Source of the DNA: Eledone cirrhosa
Lineage: Eukaryota
Length of the DNA stretch: 64,000 bases
NCBI GenBank assembly: GCA_964016885.1
Contig: CAXHJY010001629.1
Span: 1-64,000, forward strand
Reading direction: 5' to 3'
Part shown: one piece after another, positions 52,471-63,832 of the stretch
Position numbering within the stretch: position 1 is the first letter of the stretch
Layout: each line of letters begins with the position of its first letter
Notes under the pieces: generated by a model
What the model saw: only the letters and a program-made list of their open reading frames with translations
Databases searched by the model: none
What the model was told of the DNA's origin: nothing
Program-made: the position numbers and the translations under genes

Positions 52471-52868
52471 TTAACTCTTTAGCATTTAAACTGGCCGTAT
52501 CTGGTCAGAATTCTCTCAACTCTTTCTCTCCAAACTGGCTGTAACCGGCCTTTCATACTTATGTTAACTCTTTACCATTTACATTACTCTATATTTACTA
52601 CTGTATTTTCTTAGTAAAGGCTTTACCTCACATGATTATCTCACATAATATGGAATCTATGAGATTTTGATATTATTTATTTTGAGAATAATGCCTTAGA
52701 ATAAGTAGAAGTGAATGGTTTCAGCCAGTTTGAACAGAAAGAGGCGAGAGAATTCTGGCCAGATTGAAAGCTAATGGTTTAAGGTATTGTTCTCAAAATA
52801 AATAATATTAAAATCTATTATATAATTATGTGAGGTAAAGCCTTTATCATGAAAATATAATAGTAAAT
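52471..52868 (+). mobile_element. Family A MITE (3'-truncated) containing a nested inverted family A copy at 52564-52782
   Basis: The outer copy is split at its internal ...atgTTAAggtattg... site; TTAA is duplicated at 52564 and 52779. Confidence 0.85.
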
Positions 52869-52912
52869 GAATGCATACATTATAACTTCTCAATAAAGCT
52901 GTTTTTCTTACA

Positions 52913-53083
52913 CTACTGGGGGGCTTCAGAAAGTTCGTGGAAAAATGACAGTTGGAAAAAACAGTTCAAGTTATGATGTTTATTTTACAACATATGCTCC
53001 ATCTAGGTCAGTACACTTCTGCAAGCGTTGATACCAGCCTTTAAGTCCATCTGTGTAAAACTGAGAGCCATGGGATTTAAACC
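52913..53083 (-). mobile_element. mariner transposon 3' fragment
   Basis: Minus strand encodes FKSHGSQFYTDGLKGWYQRLQKCTDLDGAYVVK*, a typical mariner transposase C-terminus, followed by a TIR-like end (ggggcttcagaaagttcgtggaaaa on +). Confidence 0.8.
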
Positions 53084-53115
53084 TTGTATATCTGGGATGC
53101 AACTTGCAGTTATAA

Positions 53116-54890
53116 TCATCATCATCATCATCATCATCAACGTTTAACGTCCGTGTTCCACGCTTGCATGGGTTTGGACGGGGGTAGTCCCACTTGAGGC
53201 AAGAGTGATTGTCTTGCTCGCATAGGACTGTCTGGCAGGTTTTCTACAGTTGGATGCCCTTCCTAACACCAACCACATTTACAGTGTGGGTCTGGGAGGT
53301 TTTTACCGTGTTGCCTACACGGCCACATTACAGCGTGGACTGTGTGTTTTTTTGTCGTGACACCTACACGATCTCATTTGTTTCGGCCTGGATGGCGCGG
53401 CACCAACATAACTTTACATAGAATGGGGTGGTGTGGATGGGGTGAGGGTGGTGGGACGGGGTGTATTTTGTTAGAGATGCCTACTGGCTGGAGTAGGTTT
53501 TACTATATATTTAGGTAAGGCGGGTCTTCTCTGTTACTGAGTACCGCCAAAGGTCTCGGTCCAGTGACATTGTCTTGGAGAGGTGTAAGTGTGTGATGTC
53601 GGAGTTTATCAGCTCGTCCCAGGTTTTTCTAGGTCTGCCTATTCCGTGACTACCGTCTATCTTTATTGCCCTGCACTTTGTTATACAGCTATCGACTTTC
53701 ATGCGCATCACGTGTCCATACCAACGTAGCCTTCTCTCGAGTAAACAACATCTGATCCCTCTTATCTCTAATTTTTTCCTTAGTTCGTTTATGCTTTGCC
53801 GTTCACGTATATTACTGTTACACATTCAGCGGAGCATGCAAGCTTCGTTCCTCTCTAGTCTGCGTATATCCTCTGCACACAATGCCCAGGTCTCACTGCC
53901 ATGCAACATTGCTGTTCGTATGCAGGCATCGTACAACCTGCCTTTCATTTTTAGGGAGAACCCTTTAGCAGCTAATAGTGGTATAAGCTCTCTGAACTTT
54001 TTCCAACCAGTTCTGACTCTAGCTACAGTACTTTCAGAGCACCCTCCCCCACTGCTGATTTTATCGCCCAGGTAACGGAAGCTGTCCACTATTTCTATAG
54101 AACCCTCTGCGCAATTGAAAGAGCTAGTATTTTGTGGGCACTTGCTGCTACTTATTGCACCAGAACACCGGCCACATGTAAAATCTATGTTCTTAGTTAG
54201 CTTACCTGTGATCCCACTACATCTTTTATGCACCCATACTTTGCATTTAGGACATAAAATGGAGTTTCTACCTACGCCTTTCCTACACACCGAGCACGAC
54301 CATTTCCCAGAAGGGACCGCCGCCTTGTTTTCTTTCCTACAAACTAGAACTTTGGTCTTAGCCAGGTTAATTTTAAGTCCTTTTGACTCTAGGCCGTGCT
54401 TCCATGTTTGGAATTTCTTCTCTAGCTCGGCCATTGATTCCGCTATGAGTGTCAGGTCGTCTGCGTATAGGAGTTCCCATGGGCAGCCTGTCTTGAACTC
54501 CTCTGTTATAGCCTGAAGGGCAATAATAAATAGTAGGGGGCTGAGAACAGAGCCCTGATGGACGCCAACTTTTACGCTAAACTCTTCACTATATTCGTTG
54601 TTAATTCTAACCTTGCTGACTGTTTCTTTATACATGGCTTGTATAGCCCTCACAAGCCATTCGTCAACGCCTAGTTTTCTAAGAGCCCACCAGATAATGG
54701 AGCGGGGGACTCTGTCGAAGGCTTTCTCCAAGTCGACAAAAGCTAAGTAGAGGGGTTTACCTTTAGCTAGGAACTTCTCCTGTAGTTGTCGTACTATGAA
54801 AAGAGCGTCTGTGGTGCTTTTGCCTGACACAAACCCGAACTGCATTTCATCTAGGTCAATTCTCTCTCTGATTAGTTGCGCTATTACTTT
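53116..54890 (-). mobile_element. 5'-truncated RTE-clade LINE (RT domain; premature stop at 53826-53828; 3' UTR; (GAT)n tail)
   Basis: QFGF...STTDA, FVDLEKAFD, GVHQGSVLSPLLF, YADD, FRYLG, RRLRWYGHVMR, GRPRKTW. The ORFs 53826-54845 and 53511-53825 are in frame across a TGA. Confidence 0.95.
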
Positions 54891-55808
54891 TTAATAATAA
54901 TAATAATGAAATTATTGTGTACAGTGCTCAGGTGCACTACAACTCATCAAAGGTGCATAGATGTACAAATGCCAGGAAATGAACAGTGTACGAGTCATGA
55001 AATACATGTGTGCGTGTGTAGGGAGGGGGGACAGCAGGTGTAGTGTTGGCGAATTTCAGGAAGCATGGAGGTTTTAAAGGATGCATTGTCTCGACAGCTA
55101 ACAACTGATGCAGGGAGTTTATTCCATACTTCAGCGACTCTGAGCATGAAAAAATGTTTCTGAAAGTCATGGGAACTGCGTTGTTTTCTGACTTTGTAGG
55201 CATGTCCACGGGTGTTAGACACATGGAATTCATAAAGGTGCTCAGGGTTGTTGTTGGCAAGATGGTTAATAATTTTGTGGGTGTTTATCAAGTCAGTTGC
55301 CAGACGTCGGAGCTTCAATGTATCCATGCCCAGGGAAGCAAGGTGTTCAGAGTATGGTAGATGCTTGATGGAGAGTATTCGCTTGGTTGCATGTCTCTGA
55401 ACAGTTTCCAGGCAGTCAAATTTCTGAGCAAGATTGGGGTTGCAAATTTTAAGTGTAGCCACACCATAGCTATATACAGCTTTAAATAGATAGCTGGAGA
55501 GCGGTTGACAAAGGTCTTGCTGAGTGATGCTAAGACACCCTTGGCCTTCTTGACAATTTTAGAGATGTGTTTTGTCCAACGCAAAGCGCTGCTGACAGTA
55601 ATGCCCAGGTCACGTTCACAAGAAGACTTCTTGATATTAGTGTTGTGGAAAGAGTATGCGGATGCTGGGTTTTTATTCCCAAAATGCATGGTGGTACACT
55701 TGTCCACAGCCAACTTGAGTTGCCAGTCTGTGATCCATTGTTGCATTGTGTTCAGGTTTGATTGCAGGAAAGATCTATAGGAAAGATCTGTGGTAACCTG
55801 GTTCATTC
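54891..55808 (-). mobile_element. 5'-truncated CR1/L2-group LINE 3' portion with (TTA)n tail, frameshifted
   Basis: W..DWQLKLAVDKC..MHFG, ERDLGI, LETVQRHATK, LKLRRL..DLI, TRGH..K, RVAEVWNKLP. Confidence 0.9.
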
Positions 55809-56199
55809 AGTGACAAATCCAGGTTTCACTGCTCGACAAGCTGAAGCTAGTAAGCTGTGAAAGTATCACCCACTCTCCAATAAGTTTGTCCTCAAACCTG
55901 TAGTAGTGAAAACTTCTGGGATTCATGGTCTCTGAACCACCTCCTTACTCATTGGGAGGAATTGGCTACCTGCAGGAATGAGCCCTGTAAGATGGAATGG
56001 CCATTCCAACACATTTCCCTTGCTATCCTCCAAGGCTTTTTCTATGCTGTCTGCTGCCTGCTCCCCTACACTGTCCAATGTTTGAACACACTTTTTGGAT
56101 TTAAAGCAACTTAATATAGAAGACCCAGCTTCTCATGGGTACAAGCCAAAGCTGAAGCATATAGACAGAATGCCCCCCCCCCCTCCAACTGTAAAGTGG

Positions 56200-56415
56200 T
56201 CGTGTAGGTGACATAACAAAAAGCACCCTGTACTGACTGTAAATGAGGTTGATGTTAGGAAGGGCATCCAGCTGTAGAGATCAAGCCCTAATCAGTTCTG
56301 TATAAGCAAGACATCGGTCACCTGCCCAGGCATTGCCTACAACAGGACAACTCATCTAGCCCATGCTAGCGTGGAAGAATGGACGTTAAACAGTGATGAT
56401 AAGGATGATGATATG
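56200..56415 (+). mobile_element. RTE-type 3' end / RTE-tailed SINE
   Basis: gttaggaagggcatcca...cccatgctagcgtggaagaatggacgttaaa...(gat)n, matching the 3' UTR of the 53116 element. Confidence 0.75.
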
Positions 56416-57339
56416 ATGACACATTTGTAAAAATATCTTACTGTCTACTAGCTGGAACAAGTGACTTAAAGGTATTCATGTTTCACATAATTTTGCTTAG
56501 TTCCACTTCTGCTTACATGTATTCTATAATGGAATTCTGTATTTGGTCATTGTAGACACCAAACATAATTACACCCTTATGCATTTCATCAGGATGAAAT
56601 TTTGTGCAGTCATAGGATTGCCAAATTTCTAGATGAATACAAAACATATACTGGTGATGACTAATGTAATGGTGTAATGGAACACTTTAGATACGCATCT
56701 TCTACATTTGGAAACCTCTGTGTACTAGCTCAATCTTCCTCAAATCACACTCAATTAATCTAAGTTTCTATAAGTATACATTGTTTGCTTTTATTTACAA
56801 ATAGGTAGAGAGGAAAAAATGGGTAAGGAGAAAGAGTTAAAAATATCTAAAAAGGAAACTTGGGGACAACCCTTTACATCTTTGGCATTGCAGATAAAAT
56901 GGCAAAAGCATCATTGCAAAGAAGAGTTAGAGAAACCTGGTGCATCAGCTATTCAACCTCTGGTGAGATGTTCTCTTCCTGATTTTGTGGAGGAAAATGT
57001 CAGTATAGGGGCTGAGGACACTGGAGGCCTTAATGACAACCAGCACATTATGGAAACTGTCAGTCCAAGCCAGGGGCTTAGTTAGCTAAAATATCAGTAT
57101 AAAACTAATCCTTTTTTTACAAGATCTGCTTGAAGAAAGGTGGAATATATTCTGAAAGGTAGGTATGTTGCTTGGCTTGAATTGGGAGAGAGATGATATA
57201 TATGTTATCATCACTATTGTCATTGTTTTTCATCTGCTTTTCTATGCTTGCATCGGTTTGATAGGTTTTTTCCAGCACAGCTTCCCTCACTGCATTGTGG
57301 TCCTTTATCATCTCCCCTGTAATCTTCACTGATTTGAGA

Positions 57340-59100
57340 TCAGGTTTTACAACCACTGCCTAGGTCTTCTTCGGTCTCCTTCTACTGCAGTTTCCTTCCC
57401 CTGCCCATATCAATGCAGTCGCCTGTCCAGCGCACTACATTTGATTTCTCTTATACCCAGATTTTCTTTCAGCTCATTTATGCCTTGTTCATTCAAGCAT
57501 CATTGAACATCCAGTGGAGCATGTTTGCTTCATTTCTCTCCAGCCTTTGCATATCCTTTGCATTCATTGCCCATGTTTGATTTCCATGGAATACTGGCCT
57601 TTCGTTCATAGAGAGAAAACCATAGTTGTCAACAGAGGCTGTAACTCCCTGAAAGTTTCCAAGTCTGTTCTTATCCTAGCTACTATGCTTTCAGAGCAAC
57701 TGCCTCTTACTGCTAATTGGGTCAACTAGGTAGCAAAAGCTATCAACCACTTTTATGGATCGTTCATCTTCCTGCAATCCCACTACACCTTTAGTGTACC
57801 CAAGTTTTACATTGTGTACATTGTATAGAATTACTCCTTGCTCCTTGTCTACATATTGAGCATGACCACTTCCATGTCTTCTTTCCTACTTCCCAAGTCT
57901 TTGCAGTTTACTCTTAGTCCTTTTAATTCTAAGTGTTGTTTTCAAAGCTGAAATTTCTTCTCTAGCTAATTCAATTATGAAAACCAGGTTGCCAGCATAT
58001 AAGAGTTCCCATTGTCTCAAACTCCTCAGTTATGGCTTGGGGGGCTATAATAAATAGAAGTGGTTGAGATGGGGTTCCTCTGAACTGTCTTTAGAGTAAC
58101 GTTACTCGATAGAGTGCGTAGCTCAGAGATCAGAGAGTCACTCCAGGTAAAGCTGCTGCTTCTCTGAATTGAGAGATCACAGCTCTGATACTATGGGCAT
58201 GTGGTTAGAAAAACCGACCTGTAGGAGACCCAGGGGTAAACCATGAGCAAGATGGTTGGATAACATCCAAGAGCTTGGCTGGTCTCACTTAGGGATCCAG
58301 CCAAACCAGTTGGAGATGGTTGTTTCTGATAGGACCCACTGGTGTTTGAAGACTTTGCCACTACAGCCCTCTCAGGAATAAGTGGGCAAAAAAGGAGGAG
58401 AAGAAGAAGAAGAAGAAGAAGAAGGGTTGAGGAATGAGCCTGATGAATCAGAGAGGGCTTTGGGGGCAAAGTCCTCAAACACTCCTTCCAGCGGTTCCTG
58501 TCAATAAACTCATTACCAACTCTCATTTTACTGACAGCACCTTTGTTTATGGCCTGCACTGCTCTCACAAGCTGCAGTTTTCTTAAGGATCACCAAATAA
58601 CCGATTATTGAACATTAGGAACTTCTCTTGTAGTTGTCTCACTAAAAATATGGCATCTGTGGTGCTCTTTTCTGGCACAAAACCAAATTGCAACAAATCT
58701 AATTTGACTCATTTCCTTTTTAGTTGTGATAAAACTCTTTTTGTCAGTCTCATAGCTTGGTCCATCAGTTTTATACCACTTTTGTTGCTCCTGACTTGTG
58801 CATCACCTTCTCCATTGTAACACTTAATGAGTATATCACGATACCAGTCATTGGGTATGACCCCATCATGTATCACCCGATTGATTATGTGTGTGACTAG
58901 TTCAACTCCTGCTTACTCAGAGGATTTCAGCATTTTAGTCCAGTAGCTTTATCATTTTTCATCTCCTTGATTGTTTCTTTGACTATAACTGCCAATTTTG
59001 ATAGCTGGTCCCAACTTTTACTAATCTCTCTTCCTCCCACTCATCCTCCACATGCATTAATCTCTCATAATAGCATTTACAGGACTCTGTCTTTTGTGTG
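57340..59100 (-). mobile_element. Heavily decayed RTE LINE related to 53116-54890
   Basis: Colinear similarity: gagttcccat, aaactcctcagttatggc, ggcatctgtggtgct, aaaccaaattgca; RAVQAINKGAVSKMRVGNE. Many stops and indels. Confidence 0.85.
58070..58423 (+). mobile_element. Different RTE 3' fragment nested in opposite orientation, (GAA)n tail
   Basis: Encodes VTLLDRVRSSEIRESL...YYGHVVR...ARWLDNI. Flanked by a ggttgag repeat (putative TSD) inside the host PLLFII region. Confidence 0.75.
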
Positions 59101-60430
59101 TCAGAGGTTGTAAAGACAGGAAACTGTTGGCATCTCTTGTGCAAGTGTTCATCCTTTGAACTGTAAGAATGTTTTACAAATTTTGAAGGTTCCAGATATG
59201 GCGGCCATTTCTAGCTTATAAATTAACCCTTTAGCATTAAAACTGGCCATATCCAGCCAGAATTCTCTCATCTCTTTCTGTTTAAACTGGCTGTAACCAG
59301 CTGCTTATACTGATGTTAAGGTATTTTTCTCAAAATAAATAATATCAAAATCTCATAGATTCGATATTATGTGAGACAAAGTGTTTACCATGAAAATATA
59401 ATAGTATATATAAAGTAATGTAAATGTTAAAGGGTTAAAGAGCGACATTCTTTCTCCACAAATCCAAGCTCAGTTATACTTTGGTCCAGGAGAATTGGTA
59501 TATAACCCGCAGCTCCAATACTGACTGGTATGAAGCAAGGCATATATCTAGGATACTGGATCTGCAAACTGTATGTATGTATTAATGTACGTTCTCTTTT
59601 TCTTAATTTTGAGTACATTTTTGACCGGCCACCTTCCTGGTGACAAGGTTGTAAAAGAAAAGAAATTGTCATCCCTTGAATCGCAAGAATGTTTTACAAA
59701 TTTTGAAGGTGACAGCTATCGCAGACATTTGTAGTCTATGAATTAGGGAGCTGCATTCTTTGTCCACAAATCCAAGTTCAGTTATACTTTGGTCCAAGCG
59801 GGTTGGCATATAACCTGTAGCTCCAATAATGATGGGTATGAAGCTGAAGGTGTATCAGAGATGTCCTTCCTTCTCCTGTATTTTTCTTACACCGTTGACA
59901 TCAAGTGGGCAGCTGATCTCTACAAAAAAGCATGTTTTCAATGTGTGGTCCTAAACAACAATATCAGGCCAGTTGTGCTTTAATTTGGTGGTAGTTTTTA
60001 TATTCAGGTTCCACCAGTATTCCTTAGTGCCATCTGTCTCAACATATTGCTCCTCATTTGTTTTTAATTTTGTTTTCCTAAGTGCATTCCAGGTAGTTCT
60101 AGCTATTACATCGTGTCTCATAGTAATGAGACAACATTTTTCCGCTGTTGGCAACAATGTGGCTAACATCTTTGATTTACAAAGCCTACATTTATTCTCG
60201 ACTGATGGCCCTCCTCTTTTGTGTAGCAGATATTTGGTAGAGATTATGTATGTATGTATGTATGTATGTATGTATGTATGTATGTATGTATGTATGTATG
60301 TATGTATGTATGTATGTATGTATTAATGTACGTTCTCTTTCTCTTAATTTTGAAAACTCTGATATAACACCTGCAACCCTGATGGTATCCAATGATGTTG
60401 ACTTGTTCTTCTTTTTGGTAAATATCATCT
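59100..60430 (-). mobile_element. Three tandem 5'-truncated pieces of a restriction-like-endonuclease (R4/Dong-like) non-LTR element
   Basis: RHDVIA...PDIVV...EISCPLD...IPIIIGATG...KICKTFL. The C-terminal segment is duplicated, and the 3' end gagaacgtacattaa(TACA)n occurs twice. Confidence 0.8.
59223..59438 (+). mobile_element. piggyBac-type MITE, family A
   Basis: TTAA ends and TIRs; interrupts the RLE element fragment. Confidence 0.9.
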
Positions 60431-60431
60431 T

Positions 60432-60735
60432 GGTTAAGAGAGTGGGACCGGCTTTGTGCAGTGCCTTTGCTCACTATTAAAGCTTCACGGCACAGGCATT
60501 GCTTTGTATCTGGAGATCTCTCTGCACTTGTCGTCACATGGTACCATGGGCCCAGCACTATGTGTCAATAATTGTCACAAGTGTAGTGTTTGTACCAGAG
60601 TTTTCAAGCCGCTGGCTGGACTAAAAAGTCACACTCGTTCAGCGCATCGGTAGGGGTTCTCCTACATGGATATAAAGTAGTGGCCGTACTCGAAAACGAG
60701 TTGGCAGCCACCATGTAGGTATGTATGTATGTGTG
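60432..60735 (+). mobile_element. RTE 3' fragment with C-terminal C2H2 finger and (TATG)n tail
   Basis: CSVCTRVFKPLAGLKSHTRSAHR* followed by a short UTR and a microsatellite tail. Confidence 0.65.
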
Positions 60736-60844
60736 TATATATACACCTATATATATATACACCTATATATATTATGTGTGTGTGTGTGTATTGAACAATG
60801 AACACAAAACAAAAGTCAGAGATAAGTATTTAATTAGTTCACTG

Positions 60845-61237
60845 TTTTGCGATCAAGATACAGACAGACAAGAAATTAGAACACAATAGGCCTGACCTGG
60901 TGGTTTTGGACAAGGAAAAAAGATCGTGCCTGATTGTAGATGTAGCCTGCCCCTTTGTCACGAGAGTGCAAGAAAAGGAGAAGGAGAAAATTAACCGATA
61001 CAAGGTCGTCCTGATTGTTATAGGAGCACTAGGTACTATCTCAAAGAGTTTTCAAGGATGGTTAAAGAACATTAGTCCAGTCCCCTTCAAAAGGCATGCT
61101 TGCTGGGAACAGCAAGAACCCTCCAATACGCCCTGGATATCTGAGGTGCAGGTAGTGGCTTGATGTTTATTTGAACAAACTTTCCAGTTAAATAACATCA
61201 ATGACTGAGACGCCAAGAAAATAATAATAACAATAAT
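60845..61237 (+). mobile_element. R4/Dong-like RLE fragment with (TAA)n tail
   Basis: HNRPDLVVLDKEKRSCLIVDVACP...KEKEKINRY...IVIGALG (PD-D/ExK restriction-like endonuclease). Confidence 0.85.
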
Positions 61238-61336
61238 GGTTTCAATTCCAATTACTTGCTCCATGGGAGCAGATTTAAATCTACTCCCGTACAAACAAGT
61301 CTATTCGATCGATTTTAAAGTCTCTTATAGGATTAC

Positions 61337-61376
61337 TCCCTTGATGATGGGTTTTTAAACCTGAAAATATTTGGGA
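61337..61376 (+). ncRNA. Degenerate minimal type I hammerhead motif
   Basis: TCCC-TTGATGA-T-GGGTTT tt AAACCT-GAAA-ATAT-TT-GGGA, with palindromic stem III AAATATTT and C3>T. Confidence 0.55.
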
Positions 61377-61522
61377 TCGTTAAATTTGCTGAGGTAAGAT
61401 TCTTTTGTTATCTTAGCAATTTAACGATCTTCATAACACATTGTGTTGGTCTTCAAAATTTAAATTTGTGTTTCCTATTAAACAATGCTTCAAGCAAGCT
61501 ATAAAACTCTGTTATATATACA

Positions 61523-62149
61523 TCTATACTATAAAGCTGACGGCCGTATGTAGGTAACAAACTTTCCGCCAAACCGCTGGACCAAACAGCACCAAATTTG
61601 CACCATAGATGTAATTTTTTCCAAGTAAAAAAGTGAGGGTATTTTTGTCTACTGAATTTTGCTAAAAGATTAAAGACATTATTTAAATATTCACTTCTTT
61701 AAAATTTCAAATGTTAACACTTCCGGTCATACGTCATTCCTCACCTTTTCTTATGACGTCGCACAACATTCCTCTCTTTTTCATAGTCTGTCTTTTTAGA
61801 TAGATAAATAGTTATAACGTAACGCCTTTATAATATGTATCTGTATGTCTGGCTGTCTGCATTAGATAACGTTTTTCGAAATATTTACTTCTGCGTTCAC
61901 AGACGGATTTCTTTAGTTTCAGAAGACCCCGTTAAGGGTGAAAGCAGCGATTCTTTGCTTAAAATTTAATCTGTTATTTTAATATATATATTCGTGTACA
62001 GATATTTTTGCATACACAAAAACAAAAACCTATTTATTTCACGAAAGCACAGACGGCTTATCGTCATTGTTACTGTTCGAGATTAGAGGACCACAGTCTT
62101 TCCAAGATCTGAGAACCATCAATGGCAATCAATGTTCCACTTACCGTTT
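61523..62149 (+). mobile_element. Helitron fragment (5' end plus RepHel remnant)
   Basis: A|TCTATACTATAAAG 5' terminus and aaaccgctggaccaaa...accaaatttg motif. LLLFEIRGPQSFQDLRTING matches the Helitron RepHel motif LLL.V.GP.SF.DLRTV.G. Confidence 0.75.
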
Positions 62150-62529
62150 GACGAATGATGATTATAAAGACAAGACGAGCTTTAAAGGAGGTGGAAGTGG
62201 AGCCAAAATAGGTGAAGGAATTGGTGTCAGTTATAACTTTACATTCGTAAATTAAGTTTTTATCAAGACAATGGTTGTTGAGAGCACATTTATTTTTAGC
62301 AGGGCAATTGCAATTGCGATTAGAGAGATTATTAACGAGTGACCTAGTGTTATCTATAGAAGGAATTGGATTGGAGAAGTTATTGGCGATAGGAATAATA
62401 GTTTCTTGATTTAGAGTGGGATTAAGAACATTTAGCGAAGTTGTGTTTGACGTTGTATTTGGGTTTGCAGAAATTAGCCTAGAGTTTACAATGACGTCGG
62501 GAGTACTATTACTATTATTATGATATTCA
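62150..62529 (-). repeat. Inverted duplicate of the Penelope-like internal segment 63087-63444
   Basis: 358-bp reverse-complement match (62172-62529) with about 2 mismatches seen, plus 22 nt of further element sequence. Confidence 0.95.
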
Positions 62530-62549
62530 TTGAATTTGATAACAGCATC

Positions 62550-63750
62550 AAACTAGCTAATTTCTTGGATGTATCTCTTAATCTTGACACTGGCCTAAAA
62601 CAATGAGAACCTAAATTATGTTAATTTTAAATCTAACCACCCTACCAATATTAAGAATGCCATAGTTAGTAATATTGGAAAAAGAATATCTAACCTATCT
62701 TCTAATAAAAACATCTTCGATGCTAACGCCAATTACTATAATAACGCTCTTTCTAAAGCCGGCTATCCTGATAAAATCAAATATAATAAAGAAACAAATT
62801 CTAGAAGATCTTACAGTAGAATAATTAATCATGATCATTCCAATAACTTTAATAAAAGACCTAGATACAAAAACACAATCTGGTATAATGCTCCTTTCTC
62901 CATCTCTATTAATAATAATATTCCTAAATTATTCTTTAGTGCCTTAAATAAATGCTTCTCTCCCTTACATATCTATAGTAAAATATTTAACAAACACACT
63001 ATAAAATTTTCCTATTCGACATCCTCCAACATTATCTCTAAACACAACAATAAGATAGTAAATACTAAATCTCTTCCATCCAACACTGAATATCATAATA
63101 ATAGTAATAGTACTCCCGACGTCATTGTAAACTCTAGGCTAATTTCTGCAAACCCAAATACAACGTCAAACACAACTTCGCTAAATGTTCTTAATCCCAT
63201 TCTAAATCAAGAAACTATTATTCCTATCGCCAATAACTTCTCCAATCCAATTCCTTCTATAGATAACACTAGGTCACTCGTTAATAATCTCTCTAATCGC
63301 AATTGCAATTGCCCTGCTAAAAATAAATGTCCTCTCAACAACCATTGTCTTGATAAAAACTTAATTTACGAATGTAAAGTTATAACTGACACCAATTCCT
63401 TCACCTATTTTGGCTCCACTTCCACCTCCTTTAAAGCTCGTCTTTTAAATATAAACTTAAAAGAACCAACACGGCTCTCTCAGAACTCATATGGTCCTTG
63501 AAAGACAAAAATATTAAATATAACATCTCTTGGAAAAGGGTTTCCTCTGCTTCTTCATACTTGAACAGTTCTCTATCCAAGACTTGCAATCTCTGTCTAA
63601 ATGAAAAATTTACCATTATTTCTAATTTAGATTCTATAATAAATAGACGCACTGACTTGTTTTCTATCTGCTTGCATAAATTCCACAGAATTTTCCATAA
63701 AGTATACAGCTAATATGATAAACTTTATCAATTCAGAATCCTTTTCTCAA
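62550..63750 (+). mobile_element. 5'-truncated Penelope-like retroelement (RT thumb plus GIY-YIG endonuclease), Naiad-like, frameshifted
   Basis: NFLDVSLNL, SNHP, KRISNLS, WYNAPFS, KIFNKHTIKFSYS, CNCPAKNKCPL (CxCx5C), LIY...YFGST..FKAR, CNLCLNEK, CLH. An ATG-less open frame at ~62615-63500 is absent from the ORF track. Confidence 0.92.
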
Positions 63751-63753
63751 AGG

Positions 63754-63832
<79 letters not shown>

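Noticed and set aside
55810-56080. GC-richer coding-like stretch
   Set aside because: No consistent reading frame or assignable motif; probably a decayed transposon.
56805-57356. 88-aa and 79-aa ORFs after an acceptor-like AG
   Set aside because: No recognisable domain; lies among LINE relics.
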